Positions 51,284-59,664 of a stretch of DNA of 64,000 nt are shown here, piece after piece. Location of the stretch: positions 37,722-101,721 of the forward strand of contig JAINCQ010000017.1 in NCBI GenBank assembly GCA_036574205.1, given 5' to 3'. The notes beneath the pieces were generated by a model. The model was not told the origin of the DNA, made no database searches, and saw only the letters and a list, made by a program, of their open reading frames with translations. Position numbers and translations under genes: made by a program. Origin of the DNA: Elusimicrobiota bacterium (GTDB lineage: Bacteria; Elusimicrobiota; Elusimicrobia; Elusimicrobiales; UBA9959). Within the stretch, counting starts at the first letter, position 1. Every line of letters starts with the position of its first letter.

Positions 51284-52624
51284 ATGAAAACAAAAAAGAA
51301 AGTTATAATTATGGGAGCGGCTGGAAGGGATTTTCACAATTTTAACACTTATTATAGAGATAATCCTAACTATGAAGTTGTCGCTTTTACCGCGCAACAG
51401 ATCCCGAATATTGCCGGAAGAAAATATCCCCCTTCGCTTTGCGGAAAATTATATCCGGATGGTATACCTATATATGATGAGGTTGAACTTAGTGATTTAA
51501 TAAAGAAGTATAAGGTTGATGAGGTGGTTTTTGCCTATAGCGACGTTGATTTTAACTATGTTATGGAAAGGGGGAGTATTGCTCTTGCATGCGGCGCTGA
51601 TTACAGGCTTTTAAGCGGAGAGCATACAATGTTAAAATCCACAAAGCCGGTAATATCAGTTTGTGCTGTAAGAACTGGATGTGGAAAGAGCCAGACTTCT
51701 AGAAGAATTGCGTCTATACTTAAAGAAATGGGAAAGAAGGTTGTAGTTGTAAGACATCCGATGCCTTATGGAGATCTTGAAAGACAAACATGCCAGAGAT
51801 TTGCTTCTATAAAGGATATGAAGGAGCAGGATTGCACTATAGAAGAGATGGAAGAGTATGAGCCTCATATAAGTGAAGGACATATAGTTTATGCTGGTGT
51901 TGATTACGAAAAAATTTTGAGGGAAGCTGAAAAAGAAGCAGATGTAATATTATGGGATGGCGGGAATAATGACCTTCCTTTTTATAAACCAGATCTTCAT
52001 ATAGTGGTTACAGATCCTTTAAGGGCAGGACATGAAAATTATTACCATCCTGGCGCCACGAACCTGAGAATGGCTGATGTGGTTGTAATAAACAAAGTTG
52101 ATACTGCTGAACCGGAGGATGTGGAAAAAGTTAAGGCGAACATAAAAAATTCAAATCCAGACGCTAAAATTATAGAAGCGGAAAGTCCGGTAGTTGTCAA
52201 AGGCGATGTTTCAAAGATAAAGGGCAAAAGAATCCTTGTTGTAGAAGATGGACCGACATTAACCCATGGAGGAATGAATTACGGCGCAGCTTATGTGGCG
52301 GCAAAAGAACACGGCGCGGGAGAAATAATAGACCCAAGACCATATGCTGTTGGTTCAATAAAAACAACCTACGAAAAATACAATCATCTTGAACATATAC
52401 TTCCGGCTATGGGATATGGAACAACCCAGATGAAAGAGTTAAAAGAAACAATAGAAAAAATTCCATGCGACCTTGTTCTTATTGGAACACCAATAGATCT
52501 TGCCAATCATCTTAAGTTTAATAAGCCATCTTTAAGGATAACTTATTATTTAAAAGAAAGAACATCGCCCGGGCTTAAAGAGATAGTAAATGATATTATT
52601 TTGAAAAAAGCTGTTAGACGATAA
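51284..52624 (+). CDS. Cyclic 2,3-diphosphoglycerate synthetase-like P-loop protein (COG2403)
   Basis: IMGAAGRDFHNFN, AVRTGCGKS, RHPMPYG, EEYEPH, WDGGNND and VEDGPTLTHGGM motifs. Confidence 0.85.
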   Translation: MKTKKKVIIMGAAGRDFHNFNTYYRDNPNYEVVAFTAQQIPNIAGRKYPPSLCGKLYPDGIPIYDEVELSDLIKKYKVDEVVFAYSDVDFNYVMERGSIALACGADYRLLSGEHTMLKSTKPVISVCAVRTGCGKSQTSRRIASILKEMGKKVVVVRHPMPYGDLERQTCQRFASIKDMKEQDCTIEEMEEYEPHISEGHIVYAGVDYEKILREAEKEADVILWDGGNNDLPFYKPDLHIVVTDPLRAGHENYYHPGATNLRMADVVVINKVDTAEPEDVEKVKANIKNSNPDAKIIEAESPVVVKGDVSKIKGKRILVVEDGPTLTHGGMNYGAAYVAAKEHGAGEIIDPRPYAVGSIKTTYEKYNHLEHILPAMGYGTTQMKELKETIEKIPCDLVLIGTPIDLANHLKFNKPSLRITYYLKERTSPGLKEIVNDIILKKAVRR

Positions 52625-52635
52625 GGGAGGAGAAT

Positions 52636-53847
52636 ATGGATATAAGGCCTGTTTTAAAAGTTAAGAAAGTTCAGGATATGAATATTTCAGCGGGCTCAAC
52701 GGTTTTAGTGAGAGTTGATTATAATGTGCCGATAAAGGATGGTGTTATATCGGATGACACTCGAATAAGAGAAACCGAAAAAACAATTAAATACCTTGTT
52801 TCTATCGGCGCTAAGGTGGTTCTTATATCTCATCTTGGAAGACCTAAAGGCAAGGTTGATCCCAAATACACACTTGAGCCGGTGGCAAAAAAGGTTGAGG
52901 AGATAATGGGGATAAAAACTTATTTTGTCAATGATTGTATTGGACCTGAGGTAGAGAAAATGAAGAAAAGTCTTAAAAATGGAGAGATACTTCTTTGTGA
53001 AAATTTAAGGTATCATCCTGAAGAGGAGAAGAATGACGACTCCTTTGCAAAAGAACTTGCAAGTGGAGCTAATTATTTTGTTCAGGATGCTTTTGGCGCA
53101 ATTCACCGCGCTCATGCTTCTACCAGTGCCATAGCAAAGCATTTACCCGGTGGCATAGGTTTTTTGCTTCAGAAAGAGCTTGAGTATCTTGATAAGATAG
53201 TCAGCGGACCTATTCGCCCTTTTGTAGCCATCATAGGTGGAGCCAAGGTTAGTGATAAGATAGATGTTCTTTTAAGCTTGCTTGATAGGGTTGATGTATT
53301 AATGATAGGTGGAGCTATGGCGTATACATTTTTAAAAGCTCAGGATATAAATATTGGGAAATCTCTTGTTGAAGAAGATAAGATTGAGGAAGCAAAAAAA
53401 ATAATATTAAAGGCTTTTAAAAATAATGTTGAGTTGATTCTTCCAGCAGATCATCTTGTGGTCAAGGAAATAAAAGAAGATTCAAGACGCGAGGTGACCC
53501 AATCTATGGCTATTCCAGATGAGTGGATAGGAGTTGATATAGGGGATAGGACAATATCAATATTTGGATCTAAAATTCTTGCAGCAAAGACAATATTCTG
53601 GAATGGTCCAATGGGGATATTTGAAATTCCTCCATTTTCTAAAGGAACAACTGAACTTGCTAAAAAAGTTGCTGAGGCAACGAAAAAAGGCGCTATAAGT
53701 GTTCTTGGAGGCGGTGATACATTAAATGCTCTTAAAAATTCAGGAGTAAAAAGCTCAGAAGTATCACATTGTTCTACAGGCGGAGGAGCTAGCCTTGAAT
53801 TTGTGGAAGGAAAAATACTCCCTGGTCTTGAGGCTTTGGCTAAATAA
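52636..53847 (+). CDS. pgk: Phosphoglycerate kinase
   Basis: RVDYNVP, SHLGRP, ENLR, DAFG..HRAH, GGAKVSDK and STGGGASLE motifs. Confidence 0.98.
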   Translation: MDIRPVLKVKKVQDMNISAGSTVLVRVDYNVPIKDGVISDDTRIRETEKTIKYLVSIGAKVVLISHLGRPKGKVDPKYTLEPVAKKVEEIMGIKTYFVNDCIGPEVEKMKKSLKNGEILLCENLRYHPEEEKNDDSFAKELASGANYFVQDAFGAIHRAHASTSAIAKHLPGGIGFLLQKELEYLDKIVSGPIRPFVAIIGGAKVSDKIDVLLSLLDRVDVLMIGGAMAYTFLKAQDINIGKSLVEEDKIEEAKKIILKAFKNNVELILPADHLVVKEIKEDSRREVTQSMAIPDEWIGVDIGDRTISIFGSKILAAKTIFWNGPMGIFEIPPFSKGTTELAKKVAEATKKGAISVLGGGDTLNALKNSGVKSSEVSHCSTGGGASLEFVEGKILPGLEALAK

Positions 53848-53873
53848 AACGATACATAATATTTGGAGGACAG

Positions 53874-54158
53874 ATGTATAACTTATTTCTTATTCTGCAT
53901 ATCATTATATGCTTTCTTTTGATAGTTTCGGTGCTTTTTTTTCAAACAAGCAAAGGTTCAGCTTTGAGTATGTTTGGTGGAGGCGGAGGAGATTCTCTTT
54001 TTTCAAGCCCGAGCGGGACCAGTTTTATTAAGAAATTTACGATGTGGGTGGCTCTGGCTTTTGCAATAAATTCTATAATACTGACGATGCTTTCCCCAAC
54101 AAGATATAAATCTGTATTAAATGAAGCTCCGCCACCTCCTGTTCAAACTAAAAAATAA
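53874..54158 (+). CDS. secG: Preprotein translocase subunit SecG
   Basis: Two TMs separated by a Q..KG...FGGG linker; usual position after glycolytic genes. Confidence 0.9.
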   Translation: MYNLFLILHIIICFLLIVSVLFFQTSKGSALSMFGGGGGDSLFSSPSGTSFIKKFTMWVALAFAINSIILTMLSPTRYKSVLNEAPPPPVQTKK

Positions 54159-54172
54159 AAAACTAAGCGTAA

Positions 54173-55687
54173 ATGGTTTATATAAAAATATTGGCTGCGA
54201 TTTTTTTTCTTTTTCTTAATTTTCTTTTTGTTTTAATTGAATTTGCAATAGTTAAGGTAAGAAACACAAAACTTGAAGAGCTTGCTCAGAAGGGAAGTAT
54301 TCCAGCAAAAATATCTCTTGAAATAGTGAGCAATATTAATTCTTATCTTGCTTCAATTCAACTTGGAGTAACCATAGCCAGCATTGGCCTTGGATGGATA
54401 GCTCAACCGCTTATTGCAGATTTTTTAAATTCTTTTTTTTGTAATTTATCCTTCAAAACAATAAAAATTTATTCTTATACCATCTCAATTGGAATAGCGT
54501 TTATTATCGTAACAACCATTCATATCATTTTAGGAGAGCAGGTACCTAAATACATAGCAATTTCTTTCTCAGAGAAAATAGCAACATTTTTTGCAATTCC
54601 ACTCAAAATATTTTATAAGATTACCTATTATCCTATGTTTTTTATAAATCATTCATCTGAATTTATAATAAGACTTATTGGAATTAAAAAGGAAAAAGAT
54701 GAAGTATATCATTCTGAGGATGAGATACGGCTTATTCTTTCAAAATCTGAAGAATTGGGAAAGATATCCCTTGGTAGATTGATGATGTTTGAACATCTTT
54801 TTGATTTTGGAAAAACAACGGTAAAAGAAATAATGGTTCCAAAAGAAAAGATAGTTTCAATTGATATCAACGCTTCTTTTTCAGAGTTTGTGGATGTAGT
54901 TTGTAAATATAAGTTTTCAAGATATCCTGTAAAAAGTGGTGAAGTATATGCTGGGTTTATTCATATAAAGGATATATTAAACGATACTATCTGGAATGAA
55001 AAAAAAGATTTTAAAATTTCAAATTTTATTAGAGAGATAAAAAGTATTTCATATAAAATGCTTCTTGAAAAAGCATTAAGATATTTTCAGGAAAACAACT
55101 CCCACATAGCCCTGGTTGAGGATGAAAACAAACAGGTGGTAGGTTTTTTAAGCGTTGAGGATATAATAGAGGACCTTACTGGTGAAATAAGAGATGAATT
55201 TGAAAAAAGACCTCAGTATCGCCTTGATAAGATATTGGATAAAGAGTCTTCTATAATGGAATTAAATTCTGGAGATAGATTTTCTGCCATAGAAGAGATG
55301 ATTGAAAAATTATTTGAAAAAACACAAATACTAAATAAAAACGATATAAGGGACAAAATATTGAAGAGAGAAAGATCTTTTTCTACCGCAATAGGGCATC
55401 AGTTTGCAATTCCTCATGCAAGGATAGAAGGGCTTAAAAAGCCGGTATTAATAATTGGCAGACATAAAGATGGGATTTATTTTCCTTCGCCAGACAATAA
55501 ACCGGTTAAAATAATATTTATGATACTTACTCCATATAATGATCCTTCAATACAGTTAAATATATTGTCTAAGATATCAAAGCTTGTATTAAATCTAACA
55601 TTAAGGAAAAAGATATTCAAAGCTCAAAGTATAGAAAAAATTGAAGAGATTTTTACAATCTTTGAAGACAATATACCTATTGATTAG
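54173..55687 (+). CDS. CNNM/DUF21-CBS-CBS transporter fused to a PTS EIIA domain
   Basis: EFAIV, QLGVT..S..LG, GEQVPK, CBS pair (SRYPV, EDIIE..GEI.DE), then RE...STAIG...AIPHAR. Confidence 0.85.
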   Translation: MVYIKILAAIFFLFLNFLFVLIEFAIVKVRNTKLEELAQKGSIPAKISLEIVSNINSYLASIQLGVTIASIGLGWIAQPLIADFLNSFFCNLSFKTIKIYSYTISIGIAFIIVTTIHIILGEQVPKYIAISFSEKIATFFAIPLKIFYKITYYPMFFINHSSEFIIRLIGIKKEKDEVYHSEDEIRLILSKSEELGKISLGRLMMFEHLFDFGKTTVKEIMVPKEKIVSIDINASFSEFVDVVCKYKFSRYPVKSGEVYAGFIHIKDILNDTIWNEKKDFKISNFIREIKSISYKMLLEKALRYFQENNSHIALVEDENKQVVGFLSVEDIIEDLTGEIRDEFEKRPQYRLDKILDKESSIMELNSGDRFSAIEEMIEKLFEKTQILNKNDIRDKILKRERSFSTAIGHQFAIPHARIEGLKKPVLIIGRHKDGIYFPSPDNKPVKIIFMILTPYNDPSIQLNILSKISKLVLNLTLRKKIFKAQSIEKIEEIFTIFEDNIPID

Positions 55688-55739
55688 AAAATTGAAAAGA
55701 AAAGATAAAAAATGTTAGAATAATATTATATTTATTTTT

Positions 55740-55821
55740 GCGCGGGTGGCGGAATTGGTAGACGCGTACGTTTGAGGGGCGTATGCCTAACAGCGTAAGG
55801 GTTCGAGTCCCTTCCCGCGCA
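55740..55821 (+). tRNA. tRNA-Leu(GAG)
   Basis: GCGCGGG acceptor stem, TACGT-TT GAG GG-GCGTA anticodon arm, long variable arm, AAGGG-TTCGAGT-CCCTT T-arm; CCA not encoded. Confidence 0.96.
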
Positions 55822-55853
55822 TGCTTTTCTAAGAAACGCGTCAAGCGTTTCGT

Positions 55854-56347
55854 GGGACTCGAAAGCCCGCAGCAAAACATTAGCATACAGTTTTGCGAGG
55901 GGCGGCCCGCGAAAAATTTTGCGGTGAGCAAAATTTATTTGTGGGAGAGTCCCTTCCCGCGCATGCTTTTCTAAGAAACGCGTCAAGCGTTTCGTGGGTG
56001 AGGACAGCCTTTAGAGCGAAACCTAAACGGTTTCGCGTGCTGTTCGCAAGGCCGGAGTTCGCCTTGGGCAATACAGGCGAACGAGGCGGGGTCGCGCAAG
56101 CCGTCAGGGCTATGCGTGACAGGACAGCCTTTAGAGCAAAACCTAAACGGTTTTGCGTGCTGTCCGCAAGGCCGCAGTTTGCCTTGTACAATGCAGGCAA
56201 ACGAGGTGGGGTCGCGCAAAGCCCGCTAGGCTTATGCGTGACTCGAAAGCCCGCAGCAAAACATTAGCATACAGTTTTGCGAGGGGCGGCCCGCGAGAAA
56301 TTTTGCGGTGAGCAAAATTTATTTGTGGGAGAGTCCCTTCCCGCGCA
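55854..56347 (+). repeat. Array of structured elements A-[tRNA 3' copy]-B-B-A-[tRNA 3' copy] behind tRNA-Leu
   Basis: A at 55854-55946 and 56240-56330; tRNA 3' 17-mers at 55947 and 56331; B at 56001-56120 and 56121-56242; 52-bp direct repeat 55805-55856 = 55947-55998. Confidence 0.92.
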
Positions 56348-56676
56348 TTAAATTTCCTTCCCCCTTGATGGGGGAAGGTGCAGGATGAGGGTGAAATAAT
56401 TAAATCTTCTTGCTGATGCTTATGTTTCCTCTCCCTTGATGGGAGAGGATTAAGGTGAGGGTGAAAAACTGAAATCTCCTCACCCCAGCCCTCTCCAGGA
56501 AAGGAGAGGGGATCTGTGTAACAAGAAGATGAATATAGAAAAAGAAATAAATGAGTGTTAAATTTCCTTCCCCCTTGATGGGGGAAGGGCAGGATGAGGG
56601 TGAAGTAATTAAATCTACTTGCTGTCGCTTATATTTCCTCTCCCTTGATGGGAGAGGAATAAGGTGAGGGTGAAAA
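56348..56676 (+). repeat. Two REP-like doublet units plus one inverted palindrome upstream of the DUF559 gene
   Basis: CCTTCCCCC-TTGAT-GGGGGAAGG at 56356 and 56566; TCCTCTCCC-TTGAT-GGGAGAGGA at 56427 and 56636; inverted unit at 56478-56511. Confidence 0.93.
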
Positions 56677-56736
56677 GGAGAGGGGATAGATTACAATTGG
56701 AAGAGGGCAAATATTAAGATGTAAAAGGAATTAAAA

Positions 56737-57117
56737 ATGAAAAGAATGGTAAAATTTTCAAGACAACTTAGAAAAAATATGACTGAAGCAGAGAAGAAAC
56801 TATGGAGATATTTAAGGAATTATAATTTAGAGGGATTGAAATTTAGGAGACAACATGTTATTGGAAATTATATAGTTGATTTTGTCAATTTTGAAAAGAA
56901 GATAATAATAGAGTTAGATGGTGGACAACATAATATATATAAGAAGAAAGATAGGATCAGGGATAGCTGGTTAGAAGAGCAAGGCTTTAAAGTGTTGAGG
57001 TTCTGGGATAATGAAGTTTTAAAAAATATAGAAGGCGTTTTAGAAGTGATAAGGAGTGAGGTTTTATCATCACCTTCATCATCTACCTTTGATGGGATGA
57101 AACCAAACGACTGTTAA
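56737..57117 (+). CDS. DUF559 (Vsr-like PD-(D/E)XK) endonuclease
   Basis: R.LR..MTEAE..LW..LR, FRRQ..IG.YIVDF, IELDGGQH, D..RD..L...GF.VLRFW motifs. Confidence 0.93.
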   Translation: MKRMVKFSRQLRKNMTEAEKKLWRYLRNYNLEGLKFRRQHVIGNYIVDFVNFEKKIIIELDGGQHNIYKKKDRIRDSWLEEQGFKVLRFWDNEVLKNIEGVLEVIRSEVLSSPSSSTFDGMKPNDC

Positions 57118-57232
57118 AATTCCTTCCCCCTTGATGGGGGAAGGTGAAGGATGAGGGTGAAAAATAAAATCCCCTTGCTGACACTTATTTTCCTCTCCCT
57201 TGATGGGAGAGGATTAAGGTGAGGGTGAAAAA
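57114..57232 (+). repeat. Third REP-like doublet unit downstream of the DUF559 gene
   Basis: Same two hairpins at 57122-57144 and 57191-57213 with GATGAGGGTG/GGTGAGGGTG tails. Confidence 0.93.
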
Positions 57233-57343
57233 TAAATTTCCTTGCCTTAACCCTAAATATTCAATTACCTTAATCATAAAAAATTAATACTGAATTTTAA
57301 ATGTTTAGTATTATTTTACTATTATTTTTTATATCATATTTTT

Positions 57344-58477
57344 ATGTGGTATATAAAAAAGAAAAATCATCTATTATGTATTGTCAGGAAAAATCAAACC
57401 CCCTTATATATTTATGATAAACAGACATTAATTAATGAAATTAATAAATACATAAAAACTTTTTTAGGTTATAATGTTAAATTTTATTATGCTTTTAAGG
57501 CAAATTCAAATACAAATATATGCAAAGTAATAAAACAACATAGATTTGGCGCAGATGTAGTTAGTGGGGGGGAGCTGGATTTGGCTTTAAAGCTTGGATT
57601 TAAGAATATAGTTTTTTCAGGTGTTGGAAAAAGCAGACAGGAGCTTGAAAAAGCGATTATAAATAAAATAGACTTTATAAATATTGAATCATTTGAAGAG
57701 TTTGAAGAAATATCTAAGGTTTCAAAAAGATTAAAAATAAAGACTAATATTTCTGTAAGAGTCAATCCCAACGTTGAAGCAGGCGGTCATAACTATATAA
57801 AAACAGCAAAAAAATATTCAAAATTTGGAGTTGATTTTAATACCGCTTTTGAAATATATAAAAAAGCTTCTTGTGAAAAATATCTTAATATAAAAGCGAT
57901 ACATTTTCATTTAGGTTCTCAAATATTTTCAGAGAAACCTTATAAAATAGCCTTAGAAAAAGTAATTCTATTTTTGGAAAATTTAAAAAAACATAAAATT
58001 GAAATAAATACCATAGATATTGGTGGTGGTTGGGGGGTGAAGGAAGGTGAAGAATCTAAAAATCATATAAAACTTTTAAATGTGATAAAACCGTATATAA
58101 AAGAATATAATTTTATCCTTGAACCTGGAAGAAGTATAGTTTCAAGTTGTGGAATTTTATTAACAAGGGTTTTATATAGGAAAAAAGTTGATGATAGATA
58201 TATTGTTATTGTGGATGCTGGCATGAATAATCTTATAAGGCCTGCATTATACAATGCATTTCATCCGATAATAAATTTTTGTGAAAGAAAAGGAAATAAA
58301 ATAAATATAGATATTGCGGGTCCCATATGTGAAACTTCAGATTTTTTTATAAGAGATTATAAAATGGTTTTGCCCCAACAAAATGATATTCTTGTTATTT
58401 CATCATGCGGGGCATATGCTTTTTCTATGGCGTCAAATTATAATTTAAGAGGCTTTGCCGGGGAAATTTTTATATAA
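57344..58477 (+). CDS. lysA: Diaminopimelate decarboxylase
   Basis: YAFKAN, DVVSGGEL, SKFG, HFHLGSQ, DIGGG, EPGR, RPALY, GPICE.SD and GAY...MASNYN motifs. Confidence 0.95.
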   Translation: MWYIKKKNHLLCIVRKNQTPLYIYDKQTLINEINKYIKTFLGYNVKFYYAFKANSNTNICKVIKQHRFGADVVSGGELDLALKLGFKNIVFSGVGKSRQELEKAIINKIDFINIESFEEFEEISKVSKRLKIKTNISVRVNPNVEAGGHNYIKTAKKYSKFGVDFNTAFEIYKKASCEKYLNIKAIHFHLGSQIFSEKPYKIALEKVILFLENLKKHKIEINTIDIGGGWGVKEGEESKNHIKLLNVIKPYIKEYNFILEPGRSIVSSCGILLTRVLYRKKVDDRYIVIVDAGMNNLIRPALYNAFHPIINFCERKGNKINIDIAGPICETSDFFIRDYKMVLPQQNDILVISSCGAYAFSMASNYNLRGFAGEIFI

Positions 58478-58567
58478 TCTGTCAAGGGCTAAAAGATCTA
58501 TTTTGTCAAGAGTATTTTTTCATTTTTTTTATATTTAATATAAATTAAAATTTTATAAGGAGGTTTT

Positions 58568-59662
58568 ATGATGAAGTTTGCGAGTATATTAGTTTTATTT
58601 TTTAACCTTGTTTCTGCAAACGATGAGAAAAGTAATATTAACTTTACTGGCATAGAATATCCTATATCCTATACTTCTGAGGTTAGCGAGAAAACGTATA
58701 TTTTATATCAAACGCCGCTATCGGAAAAAATTGATAGTTCTTTTAATGCTATTGCGGTTCAGGGATTAGTTAGCGATAAAAATGTTAGTTTTGAATTATG
58801 GATTCCTCAGGAAGAAGATCCTGATACAAAAGAGGTAAAATATTCAATAATAAATGGGGTTTCAAAGATATATCCTAATGGAAGATTTTGGTGCAGATTT
58901 GATTTATCTTTGAAAATAGAGAAATTTAAATTTGTCGTTATAAATAATGGGGTTAAATCAGATAAATTTAAGATAACAATATATGAAATACAAACCGCAA
59001 ATTTATTTAAAAAAAAAGACCAAAAGGACAGTAAAATAGAGATTGATAAAGGATTATCATTGCCAGATCCACTTCCTTTTAAATTGATAAGAAGGGCTGA
59101 ATGGGGGGCAAAATCTCCTACTTCTTCTTATACTCAGCATACTCCTCTTAAAATAACAATACATAATACAGCAGGAAATTACCCTACAACGCTTGAAGAT
59201 GCAATAACTGAGATTCAAGTTATACAGGAATACCATCAGGAGGCAAAGGGATGGATAGATATAGGTTATCATTTTTTAATAGACCCGTTGGGTGATATTT
59301 TTGAAGGAAGACCTATTCTTGTTATTGGAGCTCATGTCGCCAATAAAAATACAGATAATGTTGGAATATCAATAATGGGAAATTACCATCCACCTGTTAA
59401 TAATGATCTAACTCAAAAAACTATTGATTCTATAATTACGCTTGTAAAGCATATAAAAGATAAATATAAAATTTCAAAGACTAATTTTTTTGGGCACAGG
59501 GATCTTGCTGAAACAGATTGTCCTGGTGATAATATTTATTCTAAGATGAGCTATCTTAAGGCGAAAATATTTGATGAAAAGGAAGATTCTGTTATAGTTG
59601 ATGTTGATTTAGGAAATGAAGAGTTAAACAATAAAATAATAAAATCTATCTATAATTGGTAA
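58568..59662 (+). CDS. Secreted N-acetylmuramoyl-L-alanine amidase (Amidase_2/PGRP-like)
   Basis: Signal peptide; R.EWGA, IH.TAG, GW.DIGYHFLI, EGRP...GAH, GHRD and CPG motifs. Confidence 0.92.
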   Translation: MMKFASILVLFFNLVSANDEKSNINFTGIEYPISYTSEVSEKTYILYQTPLSEKIDSSFNAIAVQGLVSDKNVSFELWIPQEEDPDTKEVKYSIINGVSKIYPNGRFWCRFDLSLKIEKFKFVVINNGVKSDKFKITIYEIQTANLFKKKDQKDSKIEIDKGLSLPDPLPFKLIRRAEWGAKSPTSSYTQHTPLKITIHNTAGNYPTTLEDAITEIQVIQEYHQEAKGWIDIGYHFLIDPLGDIFEGRPILVIGAHVANKNTDNVGISIMGNYHPPVNNDLTQKTIDSIITLVKHIKDKYKISKTNFFGHRDLAETDCPGDNIYSKMSYLKAKIFDEKEDSVIVDVDLGNEELNNKIIKSIYNW

Positions 59663-59664
59663 AA

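Noticed and set aside
55854..56242. Hammerhead or HDV-like (theta) ribozyme identity for elements A/B
   Set aside because: GAAA is present but I found no CUGANGA core and could not build the HDV nested pseudoknot by eye; a covariance-model search is needed to exclude it fully.
55677..56267. Several short ORFs over tRNA-Leu and the structured repeats
   Set aside because: Spurious frames arising from GC-rich, stop-poor non-coding repeats and the tRNA.
55805..57232. CRISPR array interpretation of the repeats
   Set aside because: Units are 90-140 bp with conserved interiors and no unique equal-length spacers; no cas genes in the window.
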